Shown here in pieces: positions 28,991 to 38,975 of a stretch of 64,000 nt of DNA. Every line of letters starts with the position of its first letter. Position 1 is the stretch's first letter. The notes below the pieces were generated by a model that worked only from the letters and a program-made list of their open reading frames with translations, did no database searches and was not told where the DNA came from. Origin of the DNA: an uncultured Bacilli bacterium. Lineage in GTDB: Bacteria; Bacillota_I; Bacilli_A; RF39; UBA660. The DNA lies in the NCBI GenBank assembly GCA_934101575.1, contig CAKORJ010000001.1:402994-466993 (forward strand), in the 5' to 3' direction. The position numbers and the translations under genes were made by a program.

Positions 28991-29431
28991 ATGTTTAAAA
29001 AATATAAATGGCTTATTATATTACTAGTTGTAATTGTTTTACTTATTGCTGTTTCTTTAATATTTTCTGAAGATGATGAGAAATATATTCATGATATTAG
29101 TTTAAGTGAAGTATCTAGTAAAATTAAAAATGGCGATAGTTTTATACTTTATATTAAACAAACAGATTGTGAACATTGTAAGGCTTTTACTCCTAACTTT
29201 ATTGCTGCATTAAGTGAAAGTAACCTTGAAGCTTATTCTTTGAATATTTCTGATTTATCTGATGAGGATAATGAAAAGTATGAAGAGATGTTTGATGTTG
29301 ATGGTACTCCTACTGTATTATTCTTTGATAATGGTAATGAAAGTTTAATTAGGATTGAGGGAGAACAAACTAAAGCTAGGATAAAATCTAAGTTTGAATC
29401 TGTTGGGTTTTTAAAAGAGACTTCTAAATAA
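28991..29431 (+). CDS. thioredoxin-like (CxxC) secreted/membrane-anchored protein
   Basis: N-terminal TM helix then a CEHC redox motif in a thioredoxin-fold context. 146 aa. Confidence 0.6.
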   Translation: MFKKYKWLIILLVVIVLLIAVSLIFSEDDEKYIHDISLSEVSSKIKNGDSFILYIKQTDCEHCKAFTPNFIAALSESNLEAYSLNISDLSDEDNEKYEEMFDVDGTPTVLFFDNGNESLIRIEGEQTKARIKSKFESVGFLKETSK

Positions 29432-29444
29432 GAGGTCTCTTTTA
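29414..29444. terminator. bidirectional terminator between convergent thioredoxin-like gene and PBP gene
   Basis: Hairpin agagac-loop-gtctct flanked by A-run and T-run. Confidence 0.45.
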
Positions 29445-31547
29445 CTTTAACTCAAATGTTACTTTTTCTTTTTCTTTTATTTTTTTGTTTTTAATATTTT
29501 GTTTATTTACATAACCATATCCTTTAAAGGTGCATTTTATATTTAACATATTGCATACTGCTTTTGCTTCTAGTTTACTGTATCCTTTTAGATCTGGTAA
29601 CTTATTTTCATCACTATTGGTTAGTAATATTAATGTTTCATTTGTATCTAATACTGCATCTTTTTCTGGATATTGGTTTATTACTTTTGAGCCATTTCCT
29701 ATTATTAGTTTTTTTATTCCTTTTGTTTTGTTTTTTACTTCGTTTAGATCTTTATTTAGATAATTATCTATTTTTGTGTTTTTTAGGGTTGTCTCTTTTT
29801 GTTCATCTTCGAATATGTTTAAGTATTTATTCATATTTTTTATTATTTCTGTTACTGCTTTGGATATTGGTTTACTGGAACTTGCTCTTTTTACTGATGC
29901 GTATATTATTACTTTAGGATCATCTTTTGGCCACATTCCTACGAATGATCTTGTTACGTTGTAGTCATCTGTATAATAGTTTCCTGTTTTTGAATTAACT
30001 AGTTGGGCTGTTCCAGTTTTACCTGCTACTGCGGAGTTTTTCACTCTATATGGTGATCCTGTTGCGCCATACCAATTTGAGTTTACTGTTTTATACATTA
30101 GTTCTCTCATTTTTTCTGCAGTTTGTTTTGATGCGGCTCTTCCTAGTTCTTCTTTTTTTCCTTGGTATACTACTTTATCATTTTCATCTACTACTTTTTC
30201 TATTATATATGGTTTTAACATTATTCCATCATTTGATATAGCTGTTAGGGCTTGAATGTGTTGCATTGGAGTTGTTGTTATACCTTGTCCAAATGATGAG
30301 TTATATACTTCTGTTTGATATTTGAAATTTACTAAACCTGGAACTTCTCCAGCTAGAGTTATTCCTGTTTTTTGTCCGAATCCTAGTTTTGTAAAATAAT
30401 CTTTTAATATTTTTTGATTTATGAAGTTGTTTACTATATTTACTACTCCGACATTACTTGATGCTTGGAATCCTTGATCATATGTTATATTTCCAAATCC
30501 ATAGCCATTCCAATCACTTATTATAGTTCCATCTTCTGTTTTATATTTTCCTGATTTAAATTTACTATCTCCTCTATAGGTTCCTGCTTCCATAGCGGCC
30601 ATATATGTATATGTTTTCATTATTGATCCTGGTTCATAGGCTTCTCCTACTGTTATATCTGTCCAGTTTTTTATATTTTTTTTGTTTGGATCAAATGATG
30701 GTTTTTGAGTACTTCCTAATATTTTACCAGTTTTTGCATCTGCTACTACTATTGTTAACCAGTCGAATTTATATTTTTCTTCTGATTTACTTGCAGCTTG
30801 TTCTAAGAAAAATTGTATATTAGAATCTATTGTTAAGTATACGTTGTTACCATTTATTGCATTTACTGTTACTTCTTTCGTTCCTGGTATTTTATATCCA
30901 TTTAAGTCTTTTTGGTATGTTGTATATCCATCTGTACCAGATAATACATCATTTAATAGTGTTTCTATTCCAAACTCTCCGGTTATTTTTCCATCGTCAT
31001 CATTTTTAGCATATCCTAGTGTGTATGATGTAAAATCTCCATTTGGATAATATCTTTTTTCATCTTCTATAAAATCTAAGCCTGGTAAATTTAGTTTTTC
31101 TATTGATTCTTTTTCTAATTCTGTTAAACCTTTTCCTGCACTTCCAAACTCTACTTGGTATTTACCTTTTTGATTTAGTATTTCATATATTTCATTTTCT
31201 TTTAGATCTAAGACTGTTGCTAGTTTTTTTGCTGTTTGCCTTTTGTCTTTTACGTGATGAAGTTCATTTGATCCTTCACTTCTTGATGCGTCTAAATAGG
31301 CTATTAGTGTATATGAGGATACATTTATGGCTAAGGCTTCTCCGTTCGCGTCGTATATATTTCCTCTTTTTGCATATATCTTTTTTGATACTACACTTCT
31401 GCTATCAGCAAATTCTTTCAAATTTACTCCGTCTACTTTTTTTGATAATCCTAAGTATGATACTCTTCCTACTAATATAAGAAAACAAAAAAGAGCAAAT
31501 ACTATAAATATGTTGATTAATTTATTACTAACTTTGCCCTTTTTCAT
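29442..31547 (-). CDS. class B penicillin-binding protein (FtsI/PBP2B/SpoVD-like) with C-terminal PASTA domain
   Basis: 701 aa. N-terminal TM, transpeptidase domain and PASTA. Position after ftsL in the dcw cluster. Confidence 0.8.
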   Translation of the reverse strand: MKKGKVSNKLINIFIVFALFCFLILVGRVSYLGLSKKVDGVNLKEFADSRSVVSKKIYAKRGNIYDANGEALAINVSSYTLIAYLDASRSEGSNELHHVKDKRQTAKKLATVLDLKENEIYEILNQKGKYQVEFGSAGKGLTELEKESIEKLNLPGLDFIEDEKRYYPNGDFTSYTLGYAKNDDDGKITGEFGIETLLNDVLSGTDGYTTYQKDLNGYKIPGTKEVTVNAINGNNVYLTIDSNIQFFLEQAASKSEEKYKFDWLTIVVADAKTGKILGSTQKPSFDPNKKNIKNWTDITVGEAYEPGSIMKTYTYMAAMEAGTYRGDSKFKSGKYKTEDGTIISDWNGYGFGNITYDQGFQASSNVGVVNIVNNFINQKILKDYFTKLGFGQKTGITLAGEVPGLVNFKYQTEVYNSSFGQGITTTPMQHIQALTAISNDGIMLKPYIIEKVVDENDKVVYQGKKEELGRAASKQTAEKMRELMYKTVNSNWYGATGSPYRVKNSAVAGKTGTAQLVNSKTGNYYTDDYNVTRSFVGMWPKDDPKVIIYASVKRASSSKPISKAVTEIIKNMNKYLNIFEDEQKETTLKNTKIDNYLNKDLNEVKNKTKGIKKLIIGNGSKVINQYPEKDAVLDTNETLILLTNSDENKLPDLKGYSKLEAKAVCNMLNIKCTFKGYGYVNKQNIKNKKIKEKEKVTFELK

Positions 31548-31557
31548 TTATATCACC

Positions 31558-31857
31558 TTACTTATCTATTGTTTTTATACTACTACTAGTATAACTTAAT
31601 CCCATTTTTTTTGCAACTGACTCTAGATTTTCAAGTGAAGCTAATTCATTTATTTTCATTTGTAAACTTTCATTGTTTTTATTCTGTTTTTCTATTTCTG
31701 ATTTATTGTTTTCTAATTTATAATTCATTTCACTTAGAGTACTTTTTGCAAATACACTCATGAAGGGGTACGATAAACAAATAATTGCAGTAATAACAAA
31801 AAGTACTTTTTCATATTTTGTAAATTTTACTGAACCTTTTTTCTTTTTCTTTTTCAA
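31558..31857 (-). CDS. ftsL: cell division protein FtsL
   Basis: 99 aa. Single TM followed by a coiled coil. Position between rsmH and the PBP. Confidence 0.7.
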   Translation of the reverse strand: MKKKKKKGSVKFTKYEKVLFVITAIICLSYPFMSVFAKSTLSEMNYKLENNKSEIEKQNKNNESLQMKINELASLENLESVAKKMGLSYTSSSIKTIDK

Positions 31858-31871
31858 ATCTATCCCTTCCT

Positions 31872-32798
31872 TTATTTTATCCTTTCAATAACTCTTAGTT
31901 TTGCTGATTTACTTCTTTTGTTTATTTTCATTTCTTCTTCACTAGGTAGTATTGGTTTGTTTGTTAGTATTTTGTAATCTGGTAACATGTTTATGGGAAT
32001 ATTGGGCATTCCTTTTATTAAATCTGGTATATTTGAATTTTCTTTAAATATGTTTTTACAGATTCTATCTTCTAGCGAATGAAATGTTATGACTACTAGT
32101 CTTCCTCCTGGTTTTAGTAATTCTAGACTTGATTCTAGTGCTGTTTTTAATTCTTCTAATTCGTTATTTACTTCTATTCTAAGAGCTTGAAAAACTTTTT
32201 TTGCTGGATGTGAGTGTCTTTTTTCTTTATATGGATAACATCTATCTATTATTTCTACTAATTCTAATGTTGTTTTTATTGGTTTTTCTTGTCTTTTAAT
32301 GTCTATTTCATTTGCTATTTTATAGGCATGTTTTTCTTCACCATATTCTCTAAATATAGAAGCTAATCTTTTTGGGTCATAATTGTTTATTATGTATTCG
32401 GCATTTAGTTCTTGGTTTTGATCCATTCTCATATCTAATGGGCCATCTTGCATATAACTAAATCCTCTTTGACCTTCGTCTATTTCTACGGATGATACTC
32501 CTATATCAAATAAAATACCGTCTACTTTGTCATATAACACTTCTGTTTTTTCTTTAATGTTTTTGAAGCCTGTGTTGTATATTTTGAAGTTTGATCCTAT
32601 TTTTTTTAATTTTTCTGTGCTGTATTTAATAGCATCTTTATCTTTATCAAATGCTATTAAAAAACCTTTTTTTGCTCTTTTTAGAATTTGACTTGAATGT
32701 CCTGCAAAACCTAGTGTTGCATCAATGTAGACCCCATCTTCTTTTATATTTAAATATTCTATTGCTTCTTCTAATAATACGCTTATGTGTTTTTCCAT
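31872..32798 (-). CDS. rsmH: 16S rRNA (cytosine1402-N4)-methyltransferase RsmH (MraW)
   Basis: 308 aa. SAM-binding motifs DATLGFAGHS and FDIGVSS. Confidence 0.85.
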   Translation of the reverse strand: MEKHISVLLEEAIEYLNIKEDGVYIDATLGFAGHSSQILKRAKKGFLIAFDKDKDAIKYSTEKLKKIGSNFKIYNTGFKNIKEKTEVLYDKVDGILFDIGVSSVEIDEGQRGFSYMQDGPLDMRMDQNQELNAEYIINNYDPKRLASIFREYGEEKHAYKIANEIDIKRQEKPIKTTLELVEIIDRCYPYKEKRHSHPAKKVFQALRIEVNNELEELKTALESSLELLKPGGRLVVITFHSLEDRICKNIFKENSNIPDLIKGMPNIPINMLPDYKILTNKPILPSEEEMKINKRSKSAKLRVIERIK

Positions 32799-32800
32799 GT

Positions 32801-33250
32801 TTATACCTCTATATCTGTTTCAAAAAGATGGTCTGCTAAGTCTGATAATTCTTCTTTACTTTTATTCATGAATGTGTTCCAGTTGTCTTTTGACCATATT
32901 TCTACTCTATCATTTACTCCGATTATTACACATTCTTTTAAAAGTGTTGCATATTCGGTTAATGGTAGTGGTAGTTTGATTCTTCCTTGTTTGTCAAATT
33001 CTGTTTCGGTGGCACCAGATAGGAACACTCTTGTGAAGCTTCTGGCATCTTTTTTAGTGAATGGAAGTGTTTTTAATTTTGTTACTATTTGTGACCACTC
33101 TTCTTTGGAATAGATAAATAAACATTCTTCTAATCCTCTTGTTATGATTATGGTATTTCCTAACTCTTCTCTTAGTTTAGAAGGCATTATTATTCTTCTT
33201 TTTTCATCTATATTATGATGGAACTCTCCCATTAACATAACAATCACCAC
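32801..33250 (-). CDS. mraZ: transcriptional regulator MraZ
   Basis: 149 aa. Tandem MraZ repeats with the DxxGR motif. Confidence 0.85.
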   Translation of the reverse strand: MVIVMLMGEFHHNIDEKRRIIMPSKLREELGNTIIITRGLEECLFIYSKEEWSQIVTKLKTLPFTKKDARSFTRVFLSGATETEFDKQGRIKLPLPLTEYATLLKECVIIGVNDRVEIWSKDNWNTFMNKSKEELSDLADHLFETDIEV

Positions 33251-33373
33251 TTTTCCCCACTATATTCCACTTCCTACCACAATTATAGTATTATGAACAA
33301 ACTTTGTAAATAGCTATTATTGTAATTTTATGTCATATATAAGAAACAAGAACATTTGTTTGTAAAGTTTTAT

Positions 33374-33401
33374 GTAAAGAAAAAGATCGAAAATCGATCT
33401 T
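33374..33401 (-). terminator. rho-independent terminator after large pilin-like gene
   Basis: Perfect palindrome aagatcga-aaa-tcgatctt followed by a T-run on the minus strand, 5 nt after the stop. Confidence 0.55.
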
Positions 33402-33405
33402 AATA

Positions 33406-35181
33406 TTAGCATCTACCTGGGTCGGTGCTTCCGTTGTAATAATAAGTGTGAACAATATCACTTGGTGAGGTATATATATTACCTGCTCTATCTTTGATTT
33501 GCATTCTAGAGTTAACTGTTATTCTAGAATTTCTGGAAGGGAAAATATTATAGTGTGTAATTCTAATATGGCTTGCTTTTCCTTGAATTGTTGTGGCCCA
33601 GTCGGCTTCAGCCATACGAGTGTAGGCAGATTTATATGAACATAAATAAGACTTACTGCTACAACGCGGACAATAACTATAACAATGTCTCCATCTATAA
33701 ACATCAATATTAGAGCCACCATCATCTTTCATGTACATATAAAATTGGTATTCATTACTTGTTTTTTGATGGAAACAATGTCTATACACGGTTGGAGGAG
33801 TTATATCTTGATATATGTTGGTTCTACAAGGACTATTGTTACAAACTTTAGATGTGTTACCTGCTCTATCTGTAACTACTATATACATTACCAACTGTCT
33901 ATTTGTTCTTGCCCATTTTTTTGTAGCTTGATTTGCTGTTGGGGTGCTTGACCAATCTTTATATTCAGTTTCTGTTTCAGATAACTTATATACTACATTT
34001 GTTGGATCTACTCCTGAGTAAGAATCTTGGTATGGTATTGTTACTGTTATATCTTGGTTAGTCCAATTGCCATTACTGGAATTATTTACTCTTCCTATTA
34101 CTGGTGGTGTTCTGTCTAGTTTTGTACCTATTGTTGCAGATTTTGTTTTGTCATTTTTTGATATTGCAACTATTTTATTAGTTTTGTCTCCTTCTTCTGT
34201 TAGCCATAAATATTTGTTACCTGTTATAGTTTCTGTATTATTAACTTTTACTTCTTTAAAGTAGTTTTTATTATAAGTTAGTTTTACATATACATATCCA
34301 TTTGTCCAAGAGCCATCATATTTTTGTAAACTTGATAATTCTGTTTGAGTGTATCCTGTTGTTTTATGTGAGTTGTAACTTGATTCGTCAACTAAATATT
34401 TTTCTGTTTTAAAATTAGGATCTTCTGGAATTGTAAATTTAAGTTGTTCTCCGCATTCTCGTTGAAAAGAAGCACTGTTTTGAACAAGAACTTTATATGT
34501 TCCGTTTTCTTCTATTTTTATTGTTTTATTGATACTTTTTTTGCCTTTATCTGTGCCTTCAAATATACTTTGTGTACTAATTTTACCGTTATATTTTTTT
34601 TCTAATAATATATCTGTTATAGATCCTTTATTTGTTTCGGCTGTTATAGTTGTTTGTAATATTCCATTTTTTATTTCTGTACCTGTTAATGAACAATTTA
34701 TATTTGTTTTTTCTTCTGGTTTATCAGGGTTAGAGGGATTTTCTGGGCTTGTAGGTGTTTTTAAGTTGCAATACTCTTTTTCTTTTTCTGTTGTTATGTA
34801 ATTTTTTTCTTTACATATTAAACATGGATAATAATTAATAGTATCATTTTCGTATACTGCAGTTACATAACTTTGATTTGTACAATCGTTTTGATCTGCA
34901 TCTTGAAATGTACCTGTTATATATTTTTGTGTTGCAAGCTCTTTGGCTGTTATTTGTTTTATATATATACCATCTTTTTGCGGTTGCTCACTTTTGTGTT
35001 CTGAATAATAGTTCTTTCCTGCTAATGTTAATGTCTTTTTGACATTTTCTTTATATTCTTCCTTGCTTGAGCTTACATATTTACTTATGCTTGGTATTGT
35101 TACCCCTGCTAATATTCCTATTATTGCTATTACTGCTAAAAGTTCTACCATTGTAAAGGCTTTTTTGTTTTTGAATTTCAT
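33406..35181 (-). CDS. large modular type IV pilin-like protein (class III prepilin signal, Cys-rich C-terminal module)
   Basis: N-terminus KKAFTMVELLAVIAIIGILAGV (G/FTxxE prepilin peptidase site plus hydrophobic helix). 591 aa. C-terminal 150 aa has about 14 Cys. Confidence 0.65.
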   Translation of the reverse strand: MKFKNKKAFTMVELLAVIAIIGILAGVTIPSISKYVSSSKEEYKENVKKTLTLAGKNYYSEHKSEQPQKDGIYIKQITAKELATQKYITGTFQDADQNDCTNQSYVTAVYENDTINYYPCLICKEKNYITTEKEKEYCNLKTPTSPENPSNPDKPEEKTNINCSLTGTEIKNGILQTTITAETNKGSITDILLEKKYNGKISTQSIFEGTDKGKKSINKTIKIEENGTYKVLVQNSASFQRECGEQLKFTIPEDPNFKTEKYLVDESSYNSHKTTGYTQTELSSLQKYDGSWTNGYVYVKLTYNKNYFKEVKVNNTETITGNKYLWLTEEGDKTNKIVAISKNDKTKSATIGTKLDRTPPVIGRVNNSSNGNWTNQDITVTIPYQDSYSGVDPTNVVYKLSETETEYKDWSSTPTANQATKKWARTNRQLVMYIVVTDRAGNTSKVCNNSPCRTNIYQDITPPTVYRHCFHQKTSNEYQFYMYMKDDGGSNIDVYRWRHCYSYCPRCSSKSYLCSYKSAYTRMAEADWATTIQGKASHIRITHYNIFPSRNSRITVNSRMQIKDRAGNIYTSPSDIVHTYYYNGSTDPGRC

Positions 35182-35276
35182 ATGTGACCTCCTATAGCTT
35201 CTTATATATGTAGTATATAATATTTTTTATTTGTTTTCAAGAGAGAAAAAAGAAATACAAGCTATTAACTTGTATT

Positions 35277-37328
35277 TTAATAATGCCAACAAGAATATCT
35301 TTGTTTGCATCCACAACTTTTGTAGTAATACTGTTTGCAACTTCCTCGGTAGGTATATGTTGTTCTTGCACATTTATTTAATGTATATCTGTATTTTGAA
35401 CATACTTTTTTTGATCCTCTTTTGTTCCAATCTACACATTTCGATGATACTTTTTTGTATCCTCCGACTGTGCTAGCATTACAAGATGATACCATTGTTT
35501 TTCCTATACAACAACCTGTTCCTATTTGATATCCTCCGCTTGTCCAATAATATTTATAACCTGTATTATAATAATATTGTTTGCATCCATTTGTGCAGTA
35601 TTTTATTTCTTTACAACTACAAGAACTATGTGGTGAATATTCTTGTACATTATATGCTTTTGAAGTACTTGAGGTATTTCCAGCATTATCTTTACACACT
35701 GAACTATATTTGGCATTTCTTGCTGCGCTTGTTATTTTAAAACTTCTTGTTGTTTGGCCATTTACTAGAAGACTAGATACATAGCTTCCTCCTTTATCGG
35801 AGCAATTTATTGTTAAGCTCAATGGTGCTTTGTACCAATCACTTCCTCCTTTTGTCCCGTTTGGTGTATATGTTATTGTTGGGGCGATAGAATCTACTCT
35901 TATATCTTTTGACTTTACTTTGTCATTTGTCCTTTTTGTTGTTTTTACAAATCCTTCATTTATTATAATATTATCTGTTCCGTAACTTCCATTTTTTGGT
36001 TTATATGTTATGTTGTATATTACTTTGTTTTTTTGATTTTGATTTTCTTTATCGTTTCTTGTTATATTTGATATAGTTCCAAGGTTTTTATTTGTAGTTA
36101 TTTTTGTTTTATCAACTGATGCTTTTATTCCATCTTTTACATAGCATTCTACGGCTATTGTTCTCTGTTTGTTGGTTCCTATCGCACTATACCATAAGTT
36201 TTTATTATCTTCATCTATTATACAATATGGATTATCATCATCTTTCATTTGTATTTTAACTTCTTTTTCACAAATACCTTCATTACTTGCTTCATCCATT
36301 ACATGTCCATAGTAAGTAGCATCTTTAGTATTTGTTATATTTTTTGTTACTGTATCTGTTCCTGTTACTGTTACTTCATTTGGAAAGCTTAGTGCACCAT
36401 ACATTTTTTCATTATTATCAATAACTTTTCTTATATCTTCATTGCTACTATAGTTATCTTCTGGTTTTAAAGTTAATGTTTTTTTATTTGGTAACTGAGT
36501 TAAACTTAAAGTACATGATGGTTTGTCATTATCTATTATAAAACTTGCGCATGGCTTAGAATAATTGTTACCTGTATCTATTATTGTTACATTATATGTT
36601 CCGTTTTCAAGGCTTTTGGTTTTAATTATGTTTATGCTTTGTATTTCTTCAAATGTTTTTTTGTTTGTTCTTATATAATATTTTTTCTTTGTTTTTTGAT
36701 TTTCCACTTCTATGGCTGCTATTTTACCTAGTTTGCCCATACTATTATAGTGATCATTTATACTGTTTATAAATAGTTTTTTGGGATTGAATACTTTGTT
36801 ATTATATTCTTTATGTCCATTATAACTTGGATTACTACATGTTGGTTCTATTGTATCTTCCCAATCTTTTCCTTGACATACTGGATCTTCTTTACTGTAA
36901 TTTATTGTTGTTCCCTTACCTTCACATATTAGACATGCATGCCATTCATAGTTTTCTTCGTTTTTATTATCTCTTTTTACATATACATAGCTTGGGCTAC
37001 AACTTCTTCCTTCTGAATCTACAAAATCTTTTGATATTAAATTATTTGTTTGGATTTCTGGTAATGATACTGTGCTATATGATTTTTGTTTATATAATCC
37101 TCGGTAGTCTCTTGTTGGAAGTTTTGATTTGTTATTTGAATAGTATTCTTTTCCCGATAATAATAATTGCGTTTTTAATTTTTCATTATATTTGTCTTTT
37201 CCCTCCGTGACATACTTTGATACCATTGGTATTACTACAGCGGTTAGTACTGCTAATATTACTATTGCAATTAGTACTTCGACCATTGTAAAGCCTTTTT
37301 TCTTTTTATTTTTCATATAATCCTCCAT
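35277..37328 (-). CDS. large modular type IV pilin-like protein (paralog, 683 aa, extremely Cys/Tyr-rich C-terminus)
   Basis: N-terminus KKGFTMVEVLIAIVILAVLTAVV. Shares ACLIC and DxAGNTS motifs with 33406..35181. C-terminal 120 aa has about 20 Cys. Confidence 0.65.
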   Translation of the reverse strand: MEDYMKNKKKKGFTMVEVLIAIVILAVLTAVVIPMVSKYVTEGKDKYNEKLKTQLLLSGKEYYSNNKSKLPTRDYRGLYKQKSYSTVSLPEIQTNNLISKDFVDSEGRSCSPSYVYVKRDNKNEENYEWHACLICEGKGTTINYSKEDPVCQGKDWEDTIEPTCSNPSYNGHKEYNNKVFNPKKLFINSINDHYNSMGKLGKIAAIEVENQKTKKKYYIRTNKKTFEEIQSINIIKTKSLENGTYNVTIIDTGNNYSKPCASFIIDNDKPSCTLSLTQLPNKKTLTLKPEDNYSSNEDIRKVIDNNEKMYGALSFPNEVTVTGTDTVTKNITNTKDATYYGHVMDEASNEGICEKEVKIQMKDDDNPYCIIDEDNKNLWYSAIGTNKQRTIAVECYVKDGIKASVDKTKITTNKNLGTISNITRNDKENQNQKNKVIYNITYKPKNGSYGTDNIIINEGFVKTTKRTNDKVKSKDIRVDSIAPTITYTPNGTKGGSDWYKAPLSLTINCSDKGGSYVSSLLVNGQTTRSFKITSAARNAKYSSVCKDNAGNTSSTSKAYNVQEYSPHSSCSCKEIKYCTNGCKQYYYNTGYKYYWTSGGYQIGTGCCIGKTMVSSCNASTVGGYKKVSSKCVDWNKRGSKKVCSKYRYTLNKCARTTYTYRGSCKQYYYKSCGCKQRYSCWHY

Positions 37329-37427
37329 ATTTTATATGTTAATTTTAACTTTTGTGACTATTTTTGTCAATATTTGCTATTATAATATAAAAAAGAAATG
37401 AAGTTTTTGTAAAATGTTTCATTTCTT

Positions 37428-38399
37428 TTAATTTAGATTTTTTAGTTCTTCAACAGAAATACCTGTACATTCTGATATTATGTTTATGTCTAAGTTTTTA
37501 TTTAACATCTGCTTGGCTATGGATAATTTACTTTCTTTAATACCATCTTCTCGGCCTTCTTTTTGTCCTTTTCTCAGTCCTTCTCTCAGTCCTTCTTCCA
37601 TACCTTCCTTAATTGCTTCGTTCTTTAAAGTATTTATTACCATTTCATTATCTTTTTCTGGTGATATTACATTTACAAATTCTGTATCATTATTTAATTC
37701 TTCTACATTATCCATATACTTTTTCATAAACTTATATCCTTTCTCTTTATACAAAACATTTAAATCTTTCATATTTAATCCAAGCATCAAGAAATGACTA
37801 TAGTTTAATGCCTTGTTTCTATCACCATGATACCATATATTTAGTAATAAATCCATATTTATTTCTCTTATTAACATTCTATCACAGTACTTTATTCCTT
37901 TCTCTGATTGTACATAATATTCTGTTAGTATTTCCCCCTTTATTCCTTTTCCCCATGTTATATTAAGTAAGATATGAAGTGGTACATTATCATATGAATC
38001 TCCTCTTGATACACTATTTGAAAACACACTTGATAAATATGCTAGATTTCTTATTGGAAGACTTGTATAAAAACCATTATTAATCTCTACTATTATATTC
38101 CCTATATCTGTTTTTACATTTATATCTAAAGTCTTACTTTTTATAGAAAACTCTTTTTTAGGTAATTCATTTGGAATTATTTTATATGACTTTATTTCTC
38201 TTTCTAAAGCATATTTTAAAAAATATTTAAATACTTCTTCATCTCTAGCCACGGCATTTTTAAATACCGCGTCATATCTTGCATCATAGAATGGTTTCGC
38301 CATCAAGATTAACACCTCCATATGCATTATATATAAGAATAAATTCCATGTAAAATGACCATTTTTATCTTTTAACACAAAAAATGTATAATAAAACAA
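37428..38399 (-). mobile_element. Rpn-family PD-(D/E)XK nuclease / putative transposase (YhgA-like)
   Basis: C-terminal repeated GxxxG/E motif EGMEEGLREGLRKGQKEGREDGIKE followed by the ISECTGISVEELKNL tail typical of the family. True start probably the internal MAKPFYDARYDAVFK. Confidence 0.6.
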
Positions 38400-38497
38400 A
38401 ATATTCTCTTATACATTCTTTATTTTTATATTACATCACTCTATTTAATTATTACAAAGTATTAAAATTTTTTTATATAAAAAAAATTAAACAGCTT

Positions 38498-38938
38498 TTA
38501 ACTATTTAATCTTTCTCTTATTTTATTTGTTACTTGTTTCATATCACATTTATTTTTTAGAAGTGGTGTTATTACTCTCATTACTTGACCTAAATCTTTT
38601 GGGGTTGTTGCATTTGTTTCTATTATTCCGTTTTCTATTATTTCGTTTATTTCTTCTTCTGTTAGTTGTTTTGGCATATATTCGTTTAATATATCAATTT
38701 CTTCTTGATATGATTTTACAAGATCGTCTCTTTCTGCTTTTTTAAATTCATTTATTGAATCATTTCTCATTTTTATTTGTTTATTTACTACATCTAATAG
38801 AAGTTCATCGTTTTCTTCTTTTTTGTTATTTATTTTTTCTAGCTGCATTGCTCCTTTTACTGCTCTTAGTGTATTTAGTTTTACTTTGTTTTTGTCTTTC
38901 ATTGCTTGTATCATTTCTTGGTTAAATTTTTCTAACAT
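38498..38938 (-). CDS. yqeY: GatB/YqeY domain protein
   Basis: 146 aa. Adjacent to rpsU as in Bacillus. Confidence 0.7.
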   Translation of the reverse strand: MLEKFNQEMIQAMKDKNKVKLNTLRAVKGAMQLEKINNKKEENDELLLDVVNKQIKMRNDSINEFKKAERDDLVKSYQEEIDILNEYMPKQLTEEEINEIIENGIIETNATTPKDLGQVMRVITPLLKNKCDMKQVTNKIRERLNS

Positions 38939-38953
38939 AGTATTTCTCCTTTC

Positions 38954-38975
38954 AAAAAAAGCAGTATGTCACTGC
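38954..38975 (-). terminator. terminator after rpsU
   Basis: Hairpin gcagt-atgtc-actgc followed by a T7 run on the minus strand. Confidence 0.4.
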
